Assembly (NCBI GenBank): GCA_035704865.1
Contig: DASSWM010000218.1
Location: 32 to 64,031, forward strand
Reading direction: 5' to 3'
Source of the DNA: Agrococcus sp.
Lineage (GTDB): Bacteria > Actinomycetota > Actinomycetes > Actinomycetales > Microbacteriaceae
Length of the DNA stretch: 64,000 bases
This document shows positions 48,977-58,141 of the stretch, piece after piece (the stretch's first letter is position 1; each line of letters begins with the position of its first letter). The position numbers were made by a program, and so were the translations under genes. The notes under the pieces were generated by a model, which had not been told where the DNA came from, ran no database searches, and was given only the letters and a program-made list of their open reading frames with translations.

Positions 48977-49602
48977 GCGACACGCGATACCCGTCGATGA
49001 TCATCATGGGCGTGCAGGGCTCTGGCAAGTCCACGATCGGCGCCGCGCTCGCGCAGCGGCTGAACATCGACTTCATCGACGGCGACGACCTGCACCCGCC
49101 CGCCAACAAGGAGAAGATGCGCGGCGGCACGCCGCTCACCGACGAGGACCGCGTGCCGTGGCTCAAGGCCATCGGCACGACGATCGCCGACGGCGCCGCG
49201 CGCGGCCGCGTCACGATCGTCGCCTGCTCCGCGCTCAAGCGCTGGTACCGCGAGCTGCTGCGCTCGAGCGACCCGTCGCTCGTGTTCGTGCACCTCGTGG
49301 GCGACAAGAGCCTGCTCACCGACCGGCTCGCGCACCGCGACCACGAGTACATGCCCTCGACGCTGCTCGACAGCCAGATGGAGACGCTCGAGCCGCTCGC
49401 CGAGTGGGAGCACGGCATCGCCATCTCGGTCGAGCAGAGCCCCGAGGCGATCGTCGACGAGGTCACGCGCATCCTCATGGCCCGCGCCGCGGGCCGCGCG
49501 ATCGAGCCCGACGCCGGCACGACGCTCACCGGCACGATCGACATCCCGCGCGGGGGCTCCACGACCGCCGGCACGCACGCAGGCGGCGCCCAGCCCGCCT
49601 GA
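48973..49602 (+). CDS. gntK: Gluconokinase
   Basis: 'MGVQGSGKST', 'DGDDLHP', 'PLTDEDR.PWL', 'CSALKR.YR', 'LLDSQ..TLE'. Confidence 0.92.
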   Translation: MSDTRYPSMIIMGVQGSGKSTIGAALAQRLNIDFIDGDDLHPPANKEKMRGGTPLTDEDRVPWLKAIGTTIADGAARGRVTIVACSALKRWYRELLRSSDPSLVFVHLVGDKSLLTDRLAHRDHEYMPSTLLDSQMETLEPLAEWEHGIAISVEQSPEAIVDEVTRILMARAAGRAIEPDAGTTLTGTIDIPRGGSTTAGTHAGGAQPA

Positions 49603-49739
49603 CCCCCCGGGCCGCGCCCGCGCGGCACCACCGCACCGACGCATCCCACCGACCGGCACTTCGCACCACCGACACGTCGCACCCGAGCGGCACATCGCAC
49701 CGACCCGGCACCCGCCACGCACCCTAGGGAGTCAGACCG

Positions 49740-51149
49740 ATGGAAGACCTCGTCCTCAACTGGGACCTCGGAACCGGAGGCCTGCTGCTGCTCGCGGCAG
49801 CGGCGATCGCGTTCCTGCTCGTCCTCATCATGACGTTCAAGATCCACGCGTTCCTAGCGCTGATGATCACGAGCCTGCTGACCGCGGTCGCGGCCGGCAT
49901 CCCCTTCGACCAGCTCATGGCCGCGATCGCGTTCGGGTTCAACCCCACGCTCGGCAGCGTCATGCTGCTCGTCGCGCTCGGCGCGATGCTCGGCCGCATG
50001 ATCGAGACCTCGGGCGGCGCGAGAGTGCTCACCGACAAGCTCATCGAGTGGTTCGGCGAGCAGCGCGCGGCGATGGCCGTCGGCGTCGCGAGCCTGCTGA
50101 TGGGCTTCCCGATCTTCTTCGACGCGGGCCTCGTCGTCATGCTGCCGATCATCTACGCCGTCGCGCGGCGCCTGGGCGGCTCGCTGCTGACCGTCGCGTT
50201 CCCCGCGGCGCTCGCCTTCAGCTCCATGCACATCTTCGTGCCGCCGCACCCCGGCCCGGTCTCCGCATCCGCCATCCTGGGCGCCGACGTCGGCCTCGTG
50301 CTGATCCTCGGCCTCGTCGTCGCGATCCCCGTCTGGTACCTCGTCGGCGTGCTGTTCGGCGGCTGGGTCGGGCGGCGCTACGACATCGCGGTGCCGACGA
50401 TCCTCGAGGGCACGCCCGACGAGGACCGCGAGATGGAGTCGAACCCGTCGTTCGCGAAGATCATCGCGCTGCTCGCGCTGCCGCTCGTGCTCATCCTCAT
50501 GAACACGGGCCTCAACATGTTCGCCGCGACCCAGCCCGACCCGGATGCGTTCAAGGCCGAGCCCGTCGTGGCGCTGCTGCGCACGCTCGGCGAGACGCCC
50601 ATCGCGCTGCTCATCACCGTCATCGTGTCGATGTGGCTGCTGGGCTGGGGCATGGGCAAGGCCGGCACCCTCATCGAGAAGGTCGCCGACAGCGCGCTCG
50701 GCCCCATCTGCTCGGTCGTGCTCGTCACGGGCGCCGGCGGCATGTTCGGCGGCGTGCTGCGCGTCACGGGCATCGGCGACGCGATCGCGGAGTCGCTCAA
50801 CTCGATCGGCATGCCCGTGATCGTCGCGGCCTTCCTCATCTCGCAGATCGTGCGCATCGCGCAGGGCTCCGCGACGGTCGCGCTCACGACGGCCGCGTCG
50901 CTCATGGCCGGCGTGGTCGCCAACGCCGGCTTCAACCCGGTCGAGATCGCCGCGATCGTGCTCGCCACGGCGGCGGGCTCGGTGGGCTTCAGCCACGTGA
51001 ACGACTCGGGGGTCTGGCTCGTGAGCAAGTTCTTCGGCCTCGACGTCAAGACGACGCTGAAGACCTGGACGGTCGCGCAGGGCCTCATGGCGATCGTCGG
51101 CTTCATCATCTCGTTCGCGATCTTCCTCGTCGGCGGCCTGTTCGGCTGA
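49740..51149 (+). CDS. GntP family gluconate/idonate permease
   Basis: 'PIFFDAG', 'PPHPGP', 'GAGGMFG', 'RIAQGSATVA', 'SHVNDSG'. Confidence 0.92.
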   Translation: MEDLVLNWDLGTGGLLLLAAAAIAFLLVLIMTFKIHAFLALMITSLLTAVAAGIPFDQLMAAIAFGFNPTLGSVMLLVALGAMLGRMIETSGGARVLTDKLIEWFGEQRAAMAVGVASLLMGFPIFFDAGLVVMLPIIYAVARRLGGSLLTVAFPAALAFSSMHIFVPPHPGPVSASAILGADVGLVLILGLVVAIPVWYLVGVLFGGWVGRRYDIAVPTILEGTPDEDREMESNPSFAKIIALLALPLVLILMNTGLNMFAATQPDPDAFKAEPVVALLRTLGETPIALLITVIVSMWLLGWGMGKAGTLIEKVADSALGPICSVVLVTGAGGMFGGVLRVTGIGDAIAESLNSIGMPVIVAAFLISQIVRIAQGSATVALTTAASLMAGVVANAGFNPVEIAAIVLATAAGSVGFSHVNDSGVWLVSKFFGLDVKTTLKTWTVAQGLMAIVGFIISFAIFLVGGLFG

Positions 51150-51225
51150 CGCGCTCCGCCATCCCCGGGTCGCGCGCCAGCGCGCCGGCCCGGGGATGCG
51201 CGCTGTCCGGGGCGCTCGCGCCTGC

Positions 51226-51330
51226 TGGTAGAGTTGGCAGTCGAACTTCGGCGAGGGATGCACGAGCATCCGTGATCGACGCGGTGGCAGCAGCGGACAC
51301 AGCCCAGCAGGCAGTCCTCTCGCGTGGCGC
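51226..51330 (+). promoter_or_regulatory. rplY promoter and structured 5' leader (candidate L25 autoregulatory element)
   Basis: Extended -10 TGgTAGAGT at 51226-51234; hairpin tcg-gcgag-ggatgc-acga-gcatcc-gtgat-cga. Confidence 0.5.
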
Positions 51331-51378
51331 GTTCGAGTCGACACCCACGACGGGCTGCGGCCCACAAGGAGCACTTCC

Positions 51379-52020
51379 ATGAGCACCGAGTACGACAAGC
51401 TCGAGACCGAGACGCGCGAGTCCTTCGGCAAGGGCGCGGCCCGCAAGCTGCGCGCGGCCGGCAAGGTCCCCGCCGTCCTCTACGGCCACGGCACCGAGCC
51501 GCAGCACCTCGCGGTCGACGCGCACTCGCTCTACCTGCTCGTGCGCCGCTCGAACGCCATCATCGACCTGCAGATCGACGGCAAGTCGCAGCTCGCGCTC
51601 GTGAAGGACGTGCAGCGCAACCCCGTGCTGCAGGGCATGCCCGCGATCGAGCACGCCGACCTCGTCATCGTCAAGCGCGGCGAGAAGGTCGTCGTCGACG
51701 TGCCCGTGCACGTCGAGGGCGAGTCCGCTCCCGGCACGATCACGAACCACGAGACCGTCGTGCTCTCGATCGAGGTCGAGGCGCTGCACATCCCCGACTC
51801 GATCACCGTCTCGATCGAGGGCCTCGAGGAGGGCGCGCACGTGCTCGCCGGCGACATCCAGCTGCCCAAGGGCGCGACGCTGCTCGACGACCCCGAGATG
51901 CTCGTCGTCGGCATCATGGTCCCCGCCGCGCCGCAGCTCGAGGACGAGGCCGCTGCGCCCGCCGAGGGCGAGACCGCCGAGGCCGCCGCGGAGGAGCCCG
52001 CCGAGGGCGCCTCGGAGTAG
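51379..52020 (+). CDS. rplY: 50S ribosomal protein L25 / general stress protein Ctc
   Basis: 'FGKGAARKLR..GKVPAVLYG', 'KDVQRNP', 'EHADL'; acidic tail. Confidence 0.95.
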   Translation: MSTEYDKLETETRESFGKGAARKLRAAGKVPAVLYGHGTEPQHLAVDAHSLYLLVRRSNAIIDLQIDGKSQLALVKDVQRNPVLQGMPAIEHADLVIVKRGEKVVVDVPVHVEGESAPGTITNHETVVLSIEVEALHIPDSITVSIEGLEEGAHVLAGDIQLPKGATLLDDPEMLVVGIMVPAAPQLEDEAAAPAEGETAEAAAEEPAEGASE

Positions 52021-52041
52021 CACTCGATCGACAGCGCCGAC

Positions 52042-52620
52042 GTGGCGCAGGCGTGGCTCGTGGTCGGGCTCGGGAACCCCGGGCCCGACTACGCGCGCAC
52101 GCGCCACAACATCGGGCAGATGGTCGTCGCCGAGCTCGAGCGCCGCGCGGGCGCGACGCCCAAGCGGCACGGCCGCGCCGAGGCGCTCGTCGCGGAGTCG
52201 CGGGTCCTCGGCGGGCCGAAGGTCGTGACGGCGTTCCCGCAGTCGTTCATGAACCGCTCCGGCGGCCCGGTCTCGAAGCTCATGGACTACTACGGCGTCG
52301 AGGCCGAGCACGTGATCGTGCTGCATGACGAGCTCGACCTGCCGCTGGGGGAGATCCGCCTCAAGCAGGGCGGCGGGCACGGCGGGCACAACGGCATGCG
52401 CGACATCATCGCCGCCCGCGGCCCCGACGTGCTGCGCGTGCGGCTCGGCATCGGCAGGCCGCCCGGCAGGCAGGACGCCGCCGACTACGTGCTCCGCCCG
52501 TTCGCGAAGGCCGAGCAGCCGGAGGCCGAGCTGCTCGTGCAGCTGGGCGCCGACGCCGTCGAGCGCATCATCGCCGACGGCTTCCTGACCGCCCAGCAGC
52601 GCATCCACGCCCCGTCCTAG
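52042..52620 (+). CDS. pth: Peptidyl-tRNA hydrolase
   Basis: 'GLGNPG..Y..TRHNIG', 'FMNRSG', 'HDELD', 'GGHNG'. Confidence 0.96.
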   Translation: MAQAWLVVGLGNPGPDYARTRHNIGQMVVAELERRAGATPKRHGRAEALVAESRVLGGPKVVTAFPQSFMNRSGGPVSKLMDYYGVEAEHVIVLHDELDLPLGEIRLKQGGGHGGHNGMRDIIAARGPDVLRVRLGIGRPPGRQDAADYVLRPFAKAEQPEAELLVQLGADAVERIIADGFLTAQQRIHAPS

Positions 52621-52673
52621 CTGCGCGACGCGCGCCGCTAGCATGGAGTGCCGATCGGAAGAAGGAGGCCCTC

Positions 52674-53153
52674 TTGCGCCGACTCGCCCTGCGCGCCGCC
52701 GCCGTGATCGCGGCGACCCTGGTGCTCGCCGGATGCGCCGCCGCCGAGGAGACGCCTCCCGAGCTGCAGGGCCCGAACGGCTACACCGCCGCTGCCGACC
52801 TCGGCGACGGGTTCCACCTGTGGTGGGACCGCAGCCCCGAGTCGGGCAAGTCGGATCTCATCGCCACCGACCCGGACGGCCGCATCGTCGGCTCGTGCCT
52901 CGGCATGCCGGGCGAGATCTGCTTCATCGGCCCGCAGGACGGCCGCATGGGGCTCGTCATCGCCGACCCGGCGGCTGAGCGCGGCGTCATCCACTTCTAC
53001 GGGCAGGACGTCGAGCTGACGCCCGGCACCGGCCCCGGCGAGGAGGACCCGGCCGTGTTCGCCGTGCGCCTGCCGCAGGAGCGTCCCGACGAGGACGCCG
53101 GATGGTCGATCGAGCTGTTCGACGCGAGCGGCCAGCCGGTGCCCCTGCAGTGA
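52674..53153 (+). CDS. Hypothetical lipoprotein
   Basis: AGGAGG RBS, TTG start, LAGC lipobox; GTGA overlap with mfd. Confidence 0.75.
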   Translation: MRRLALRAAAVIAATLVLAGCAAAEETPPELQGPNGYTAAADLGDGFHLWWDRSPESGKSDLIATDPDGRIVGSCLGMPGEICFIGPQDGRMGLVIADPAAERGVIHFYGQDVELTPGTGPGEEDPAVFAVRLPQERPDEDAGWSIELFDASGQPVPLQ

Positions 53154-56100
53154 GCCTGCGGCCACTGCTCGGCCTGCTCGAGCGCGGCGCACTCGCCCCG
53201 GTCGTCGAGGCGAGCACCGGCGGGGCGCTGTCGGGCATCGAGGCGATGCGCGCGCCCGTCGTCGCGTCGCTCGCGAGCCAGCACGAGCGGCCGCTGCTCG
53301 TCATCACCGCCACCCGCCGCGAGGCGGAGGCCGTGCGCGACGACCTCTCGGCCTGGCTGCCGGAGGCGAGGGTGCTCGAGCTGCCGGCCTGGGAGACGCT
53401 GCCGCACGAGCGGCTGAGCCCCTCGCCCGAGACGGTCGGCCAGCGCGGCGCCACCCTGCGCGCCATCGCCGAGCGCGATCGCTCCCGGCCGACGATCGTG
53501 CTCGCGTCGGTGCGCGCCGCGCTGCAGCCGGTCGCCGACAACCTGCTCTCGGTCGAGCCGGTCGAGCTCGCCGCAGGGGCCCGCGGCGTCGACCTCGCCG
53601 TGCTCTCGCGTCAGCTCGTCGACCTCGCGTACGCCCGCGTCGACATGGTGACCCGCCGCGGCGAGTTCGCCGTGCGCGGCGGCATCGTCGACGTCTTCAG
53701 TCCTGCGGAGGACTTCCCGATCCGCATCGAGCTGTTCGGCGACGAGGTCGAGCAGATGCGCTGGTTCCACGTCGCCGACCAGCGCTCCGACCCGGCGCTC
53801 GTCGAGCGCATCATGCTGCCGCCGAGCCGCGAGCTGCTGCTGACGGCCGACGTGCGGGCGCGCGCCCGACAGCTGGCGCCCGAGTTCCCCGGCATCCAGC
53901 AGATGCTGGAGAAGATCGCCGAGGGCATCCCCGTCGAGGGCATGGAGTCGCTCGCCCCCGCGCTGCTGCCGCGCCTCGTGCCGATCACGGAGTACCTGCC
54001 GGGCGCGGGCGTCGTCGTGCTCGGCCCCGAGCGCATCCGCGACCGCATCGCGAGCCTGAACGAGACCAACCAGGAGTTCCTGCAGGCCGCCTGGAGCGTG
54101 GCGACCGCCGGCGGCGAGGCGCCCGTCGACCTCTCGAGCGGGTTCCTGAGCCTCGACGAGCTGCGAGCCGCCGTCGACGCGCCGTGGTGGACCTTCTCCG
54201 TGCTCACCGCCGACGACACCGTGACCGCGGTCGAGGGCGAGCCGGTGCCGAGCTTCACGGGCCGCGCCGACGGCGCGATCGACCACGTGCGGGAGCGCAC
54301 GCGCGAGGGCTGGCGCCTCGTCGTCACAGCCGCCGGCCACGGCCTGGTCGAGCGCGCCGCGCAGGTGCTGGGCGAGCACGAGGTGGCGGCCCGCATGGTC
54401 GAGGCGCTGCCGGACGAGCTCGAGCCCGGCGTCGTGCACGTGACGCAGGCGGCGGTCGAGCACGGCTTCTCGCTGCCCGCCGAGCGCATCGAGCTCGTGA
54501 GCGAGGCGGAGTTCTTCGGCCGCGCCGTCGGCGTCGACGCGCGGCAGTCGCGGCGGCTCGCCACCCGGCGACGCTCGGTCGTCGACCCGCTGCAGCTCAA
54601 GGCCGGCGACTACGTCGTGCACGAGACGCACGGGGTCGGGCGCTTCGTCGAGCTCACGCAGCGCACGGTGTCGTCGGGCGGCCGCAACCCCGTGAAGACC
54701 ACGCGCGAGTACCTCGTGATCGAGTACGCGCCCTCCAAGCGCGGCCACCCCGGCGACCGGCTCTCGGTGCCGACCGACCAGCTCGACCAGCTCAATCGCT
54801 ACGTCGGCGGCGAGGCGCCGCAGCTGTCGAAGATGGGCGGCAGCGACTGGCAGCAGTCGAAGGCGAAGGCGCGCAAGGCCGTGCGCGAGATCGCGGTGGA
54901 GCTCGTGCAGCTCTACTCGAAGCGCATGGCCTCGAAGGGCCGCAGGTTCGGCCCCGACAGCCCCTGGCAGCGCGAGCTCGAGGACGCCTTCCCGTACGCC
55001 GAGACACCCGATCAGCTGACGACGATCGACGAGGTCAAGCGCGACATGGAGCGCGAGGTGCCGATGGACCGCCTGCTCTCGGGCGACGTCGGCTACGGCA
55101 AGACCGAGGTCGCGGTGCGCGCGGCGTTCAAGGCCGTGCAGGACGGCACGCAGGTGGCGGTGCTCGTGCCCACGACGCTGCTCGTGCGGCAGCACTTCGA
55201 GACCTTCGCGGCGCGCTTCGCCGGCTTCCCCGTGCAGGTGCGCGCGCTCAGCCGCTTCCAGTCGGACAAGGAGGTGCGCGAGACGGTCGCGGGCCTCGCC
55301 GACGGCACCGTGGACGTCGTGATCGGAACCCACCGCATCCTCTCCGACAGCATCCGCTTCAAGGAGCTCGGGCTCGTCATCGTCGACGAGGAGCAGCGCT
55401 TCGGCGTCGAGCACAAGGAGAAGCTCAAAGCCCTCAAGACCAACGTCGACGTGCTCTCGATGTCGGCCACGCCCATCCCGCGCACGCTCGAGATGGCCGT
55501 CACCGGCATCCGCGAGATGTCGACGCTCGCGACCCCGCCCGAGGCGCGCCACCCCGTGCTCACCTTCGTGGGCGCCTACAACGAGCAGCAGGTGGCGGCC
55601 GCGATCCGCCGCGAGCTGCTGCGCGAGGGCCAGATCTTCTTCGTGCACAACCGCGTCTCGTCGATCAACCGCGTCGCCGCGCAGCTCGCCGAGCTCGTGC
55701 CCGAGGCGCGCATCGGCGTCGCGCACGGCAAGATGCCGGAGACGGCGCTCGAGCGCGTCATCGTCGACTTCTGGGAGAAGCAGTACGACGTGCTGGTCTC
55801 CACGACGATCGTCGAGACGGGCCTCGACATCCCCAACGCCAACACGCTCATCGTCGACCACGCCGAGCGCTACGGCCTCAGCCAGCTGCACCAGCTGCGC
55901 GGGCGCGTCGGGCGCGGCCGCGAGCGCGCCTACGCCTACTTCCTCTACGACGGCGACAAGCCGCTCTCGGAGACCGCGCACGACCGGCTCGAGACGATCG
56001 CGGTGCACAACGAGCTCGGCGCCGGCATGCAGGTGGCGCTCAAGGACCTCGAGATCCGCGGCGCGGGCAACCTGCTCGGCGGCGAGCAATCGGGTCACAT

Positions 56101-56695
56101 CGCGGGCGTCGGCTTCGACCTCTACCTGCGGATGGTGGGGGAGGCCGTCGCGGTCTTCCGCGGCGAGGAGGACGAGGGGCCGCGCGAGCTGCGCCTCGAG
56201 CTGCCCGTCGACGCGGTGATCCCGGAGGACTACGTCGACTCCGAGCGGCTGCGGCTGGAGGCGTACCAGAAGCTCTCGGCGGCGGCGTCCTCGCGCGACG
56301 ACGCCGCGATCGACCAGGTCGCCGACGAGCTGCGCGACCGCTACGGCGACCCGCCCGCGCAGGTCGCGGCGCTCATCGCGATCGCGCGGCTGCGGCGCAA
56401 GGCGCAGGCGGCGAAGCTGTCGGAGGTCATCACGGTCGGCCCCAACCTGCGCGTCGGCCCGGCGGAGCTCGCCGACTCGGTGCAGCTGCGCCTGCGCCGC
56501 ATGTACCCGGAGGCGAAGCTCAACCAGGGCGCGAAGACCGTCGTCGTGCCCATCCCGACCGCCGGCGGCGGCAGGCTCGCCGGCACGCAGGCCGAGCCGC
56601 TGCCCGATGCGGAGCTCATCGCGTGGGTCGACGCGCTGCTGACCGCGATCTTCCCGCCGCCGAAGCCGGCCGAGGGGGAGGCGCCCGCAGCATGA
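53150..56695 (+). CDS. mfd: Transcription-repair coupling factor
   Basis: 'RGGIVDVF', 'GDYVVHETHGVG', 'GDVGYGKT', 'DEEQRFG', 'QLRGRVGR', 'DLEIRGAG'. Confidence 0.97.
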   Translation: MSLRPLLGLLERGALAPVVEASTGGALSGIEAMRAPVVASLASQHERPLLVITATRREAEAVRDDLSAWLPEARVLELPAWETLPHERLSPSPETVGQRGATLRAIAERDRSRPTIVLASVRAALQPVADNLLSVEPVELAAGARGVDLAVLSRQLVDLAYARVDMVTRRGEFAVRGGIVDVFSPAEDFPIRIELFGDEVEQMRWFHVADQRSDPALVERIMLPPSRELLLTADVRARARQLAPEFPGIQQMLEKIAEGIPVEGMESLAPALLPRLVPITEYLPGAGVVVLGPERIRDRIASLNETNQEFLQAAWSVATAGGEAPVDLSSGFLSLDELRAAVDAPWWTFSVLTADDTVTAVEGEPVPSFTGRADGAIDHVRERTREGWRLVVTAAGHGLVERAAQVLGEHEVAARMVEALPDELEPGVVHVTQAAVEHGFSLPAERIELVSEAEFFGRAVGVDARQSRRLATRRRSVVDPLQLKAGDYVVHETHGVGRFVELTQRTVSSGGRNPVKTTREYLVIEYAPSKRGHPGDRLSVPTDQLDQLNRYVGGEAPQLSKMGGSDWQQSKAKARKAVREIAVELVQLYSKRMASKGRRFGPDSPWQRELEDAFPYAETPDQLTTIDEVKRDMEREVPMDRLLSGDVGYGKTEVAVRAAFKAVQDGTQVAVLVPTTLLVRQHFETFAARFAGFPVQVRALSRFQSDKEVRETVAGLADGTVDVVIGTHRILSDSIRFKELGLVIVDEEQRFGVEHKEKLKALKTNVDVLSMSATPIPRTLEMAVTGIREMSTLATPPEARHPVLTFVGAYNEQQVAAAIRRELLREGQIFFVHNRVSSINRVAAQLAELVPEARIGVAHGKMPETALERVIVDFWEKQYDVLVSTTIVETGLDIPNANTLIVDHAERYGLSQLHQLRGRVGRGRERAYAYFLYDGDKPLSETAHDRLETIAVHNELGAGMQVALKDLEIRGAGNLLGGEQSGHIAGVGFDLYLRMVGEAVAVFRGEEDEGPRELRLELPVDAVIPEDYVDSERLRLEAYQKLSAAASSRDDAAIDQVADELRDRYGDPPAQVAALIAIARLRRKAQAAKLSEVITVGPNLRVGPAELADSVQLRLRRMYPEAKLNQGAKTVVVPIPTAGGGRLAGTQAEPLPDAELIAWVDALLTAIFPPPKPAEGEAPAA

Positions 56696-57387
56696 GCGCG
56701 CTCGAGGAGCTCGTCGAGGTGATGGCGCGGCTGCGCGGCCCCGGCGGCTGCCCGTGGGATGCCGAGCAGACGCACGCGTCGCTCGTGCCCTACGCGATCG
56801 AGGAGGCGCACGAGCTCGCCGAGGCGATCGAGGCGATGGCCGGTGCACCGGGCGACGACGCGCACCTGCGCGAGGAGCTCGGCGACGTGCTGCTGCAGGT
56901 CGTCTTCCACGCCGACATCGCCCGCGCCGAGGGCCGCTTCGACATCGAGGACGTCGCGCGCACGCTGGCCGAGAAGCTGCGCCGCCGTCACCCGCACGTG
57001 TTCGCCGACAGGGAGGTCGAGGGCGTCGCCGAGGTCGTCGCCAACTGGGACGCCATCAAGCGCGCCGAGAAGCCCGAGCGCGAGAGCGCGCTCGACGGCG
57101 TGCCGGCGAGCCTGCCGGCGCTCGCGCGCGCCGAGAAGCTGCTGCGCCGCGCGCAGCGGGCCGGCCTGCAGCCGCCGGCGGATGCATCGGTGGCGGATGC
57201 GTCGATGCCCGGCACCGAGGAGGAGCTCGGTCGCGCGCTGCTCGCCCTCGTCCGCGACGCGACGAGCCGCGGCCTGGATGCCGAGCGATCCCTGCGCGCC
57301 GCCACGCGCGAGCTCGAGCGGGAGTTGCGGGAGCGCGAGGCGGCCCGCGCCGGCGCGCCTGCGAGCGCGGAGCCCTCAGCACCGTGA
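56692..57387 (+). CDS. mazG: MazG family nucleotide pyrophosphohydrolase (single domain)
   Basis: 'GCPWDAEQTH.SL', 'EEAHE', 'EELGDVLLQVVFH', 'RRHPHVF'. Confidence 0.92.
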   Translation: MSALEELVEVMARLRGPGGCPWDAEQTHASLVPYAIEEAHELAEAIEAMAGAPGDDAHLREELGDVLLQVVFHADIARAEGRFDIEDVARTLAEKLRRRHPHVFADREVEGVAEVVANWDAIKRAEKPERESALDGVPASLPALARAEKLLRRAQRAGLQPPADASVADASMPGTEEELGRALLALVRDATSRGLDAERSLRAATRELERELREREAARAGAPASAEPSAP

Positions 57388-58028
57388 TCCCCACCGCGAC
57401 GACGATCGACGTGCGGCTCGAGCGCCGGCGCCGAGCGCTCGCCGCCGCGCTCGTCGTCGCCGCCGCCACGACCGTCATCACCGGGTGCGCGCACTCGCTC
57501 GGCGGCGGCGCCGCGCCCGATGCGCTGCTGCTGGCGACCGCGTTCGTCGCCACGCTGCTCGTGCTCGCGCCGGTGCTGGGATCGGGCCGCGGCGCTCGCG
57601 GCCGCATGATCCGCGAGGTCGCGGCGGTCGCCGTCGCGCAGCTGCTGCAGCACGTGCTGTACTCGCTGCCCGAGAGCGCCGCCCGCGCGACGCACGCGCA
57701 CACCGTCGCCTCGCCGCATGCGGCGCACGCGCACGACGCCGGCGCCGCACTGCAGTCCGCCGCGATCGTGCACGAGCACGCGAGCATGCCGCTCGCCCAC
57801 GTGCTCGCCGGGCTCCTCACGCTCGCGCTGCTGCGGCTCGCGCCGCGCGCCGTCGCGGCCATGCTCGCCGCGATGTCGCCGCGCCTGGCCGCCGCCGTGC
57901 TCTCCTGGACGCCCGCGACCGAGCCCGCCAAGGCATCCGTCACCGCCGTCAGCCCCGCTCGCCGCGCGGCGCTCGACGTGCTCCGCAGCGCCCTGCAGCG
58001 GCGCGGCCCGCCGCTCGCCGTCGTGTGA
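57384..58028 (+). CDS. His-rich 4-TM membrane protein with C-terminal RRGPP motif
   Basis: 'CAHSLGGG', 'AQLLQHVL', 'HAHTVASPHAAHAH', 'HEHASMPLAHVLAG', '..LQRRGPPLAVV*'; GTGA overlap with mazG. Confidence 0.8.
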   Translation: MIPTATTIDVRLERRRRALAAALVVAAATTVITGCAHSLGGGAAPDALLLATAFVATLLVLAPVLGSGRGARGRMIREVAAVAVAQLLQHVLYSLPESAARATHAHTVASPHAAHAHDAGAALQSAAIVHEHASMPLAHVLAGLLTLALLRLAPRAVAAMLAAMSPRLAAAVLSWTPATEPAKASVTAVSPARRAALDVLRSALQRRGPPLAVV

Positions 58029-58141
58029 TCCCATCCGTGCGCGCTTCGCGTACGAACCCCTTCGGCGACCGCTCACCGCGGCCCGCCGCTCACACGACCG
58101 CGCAGCGCCCACGCGCCGCGCATCAGCACGCAGGAGCCTTC

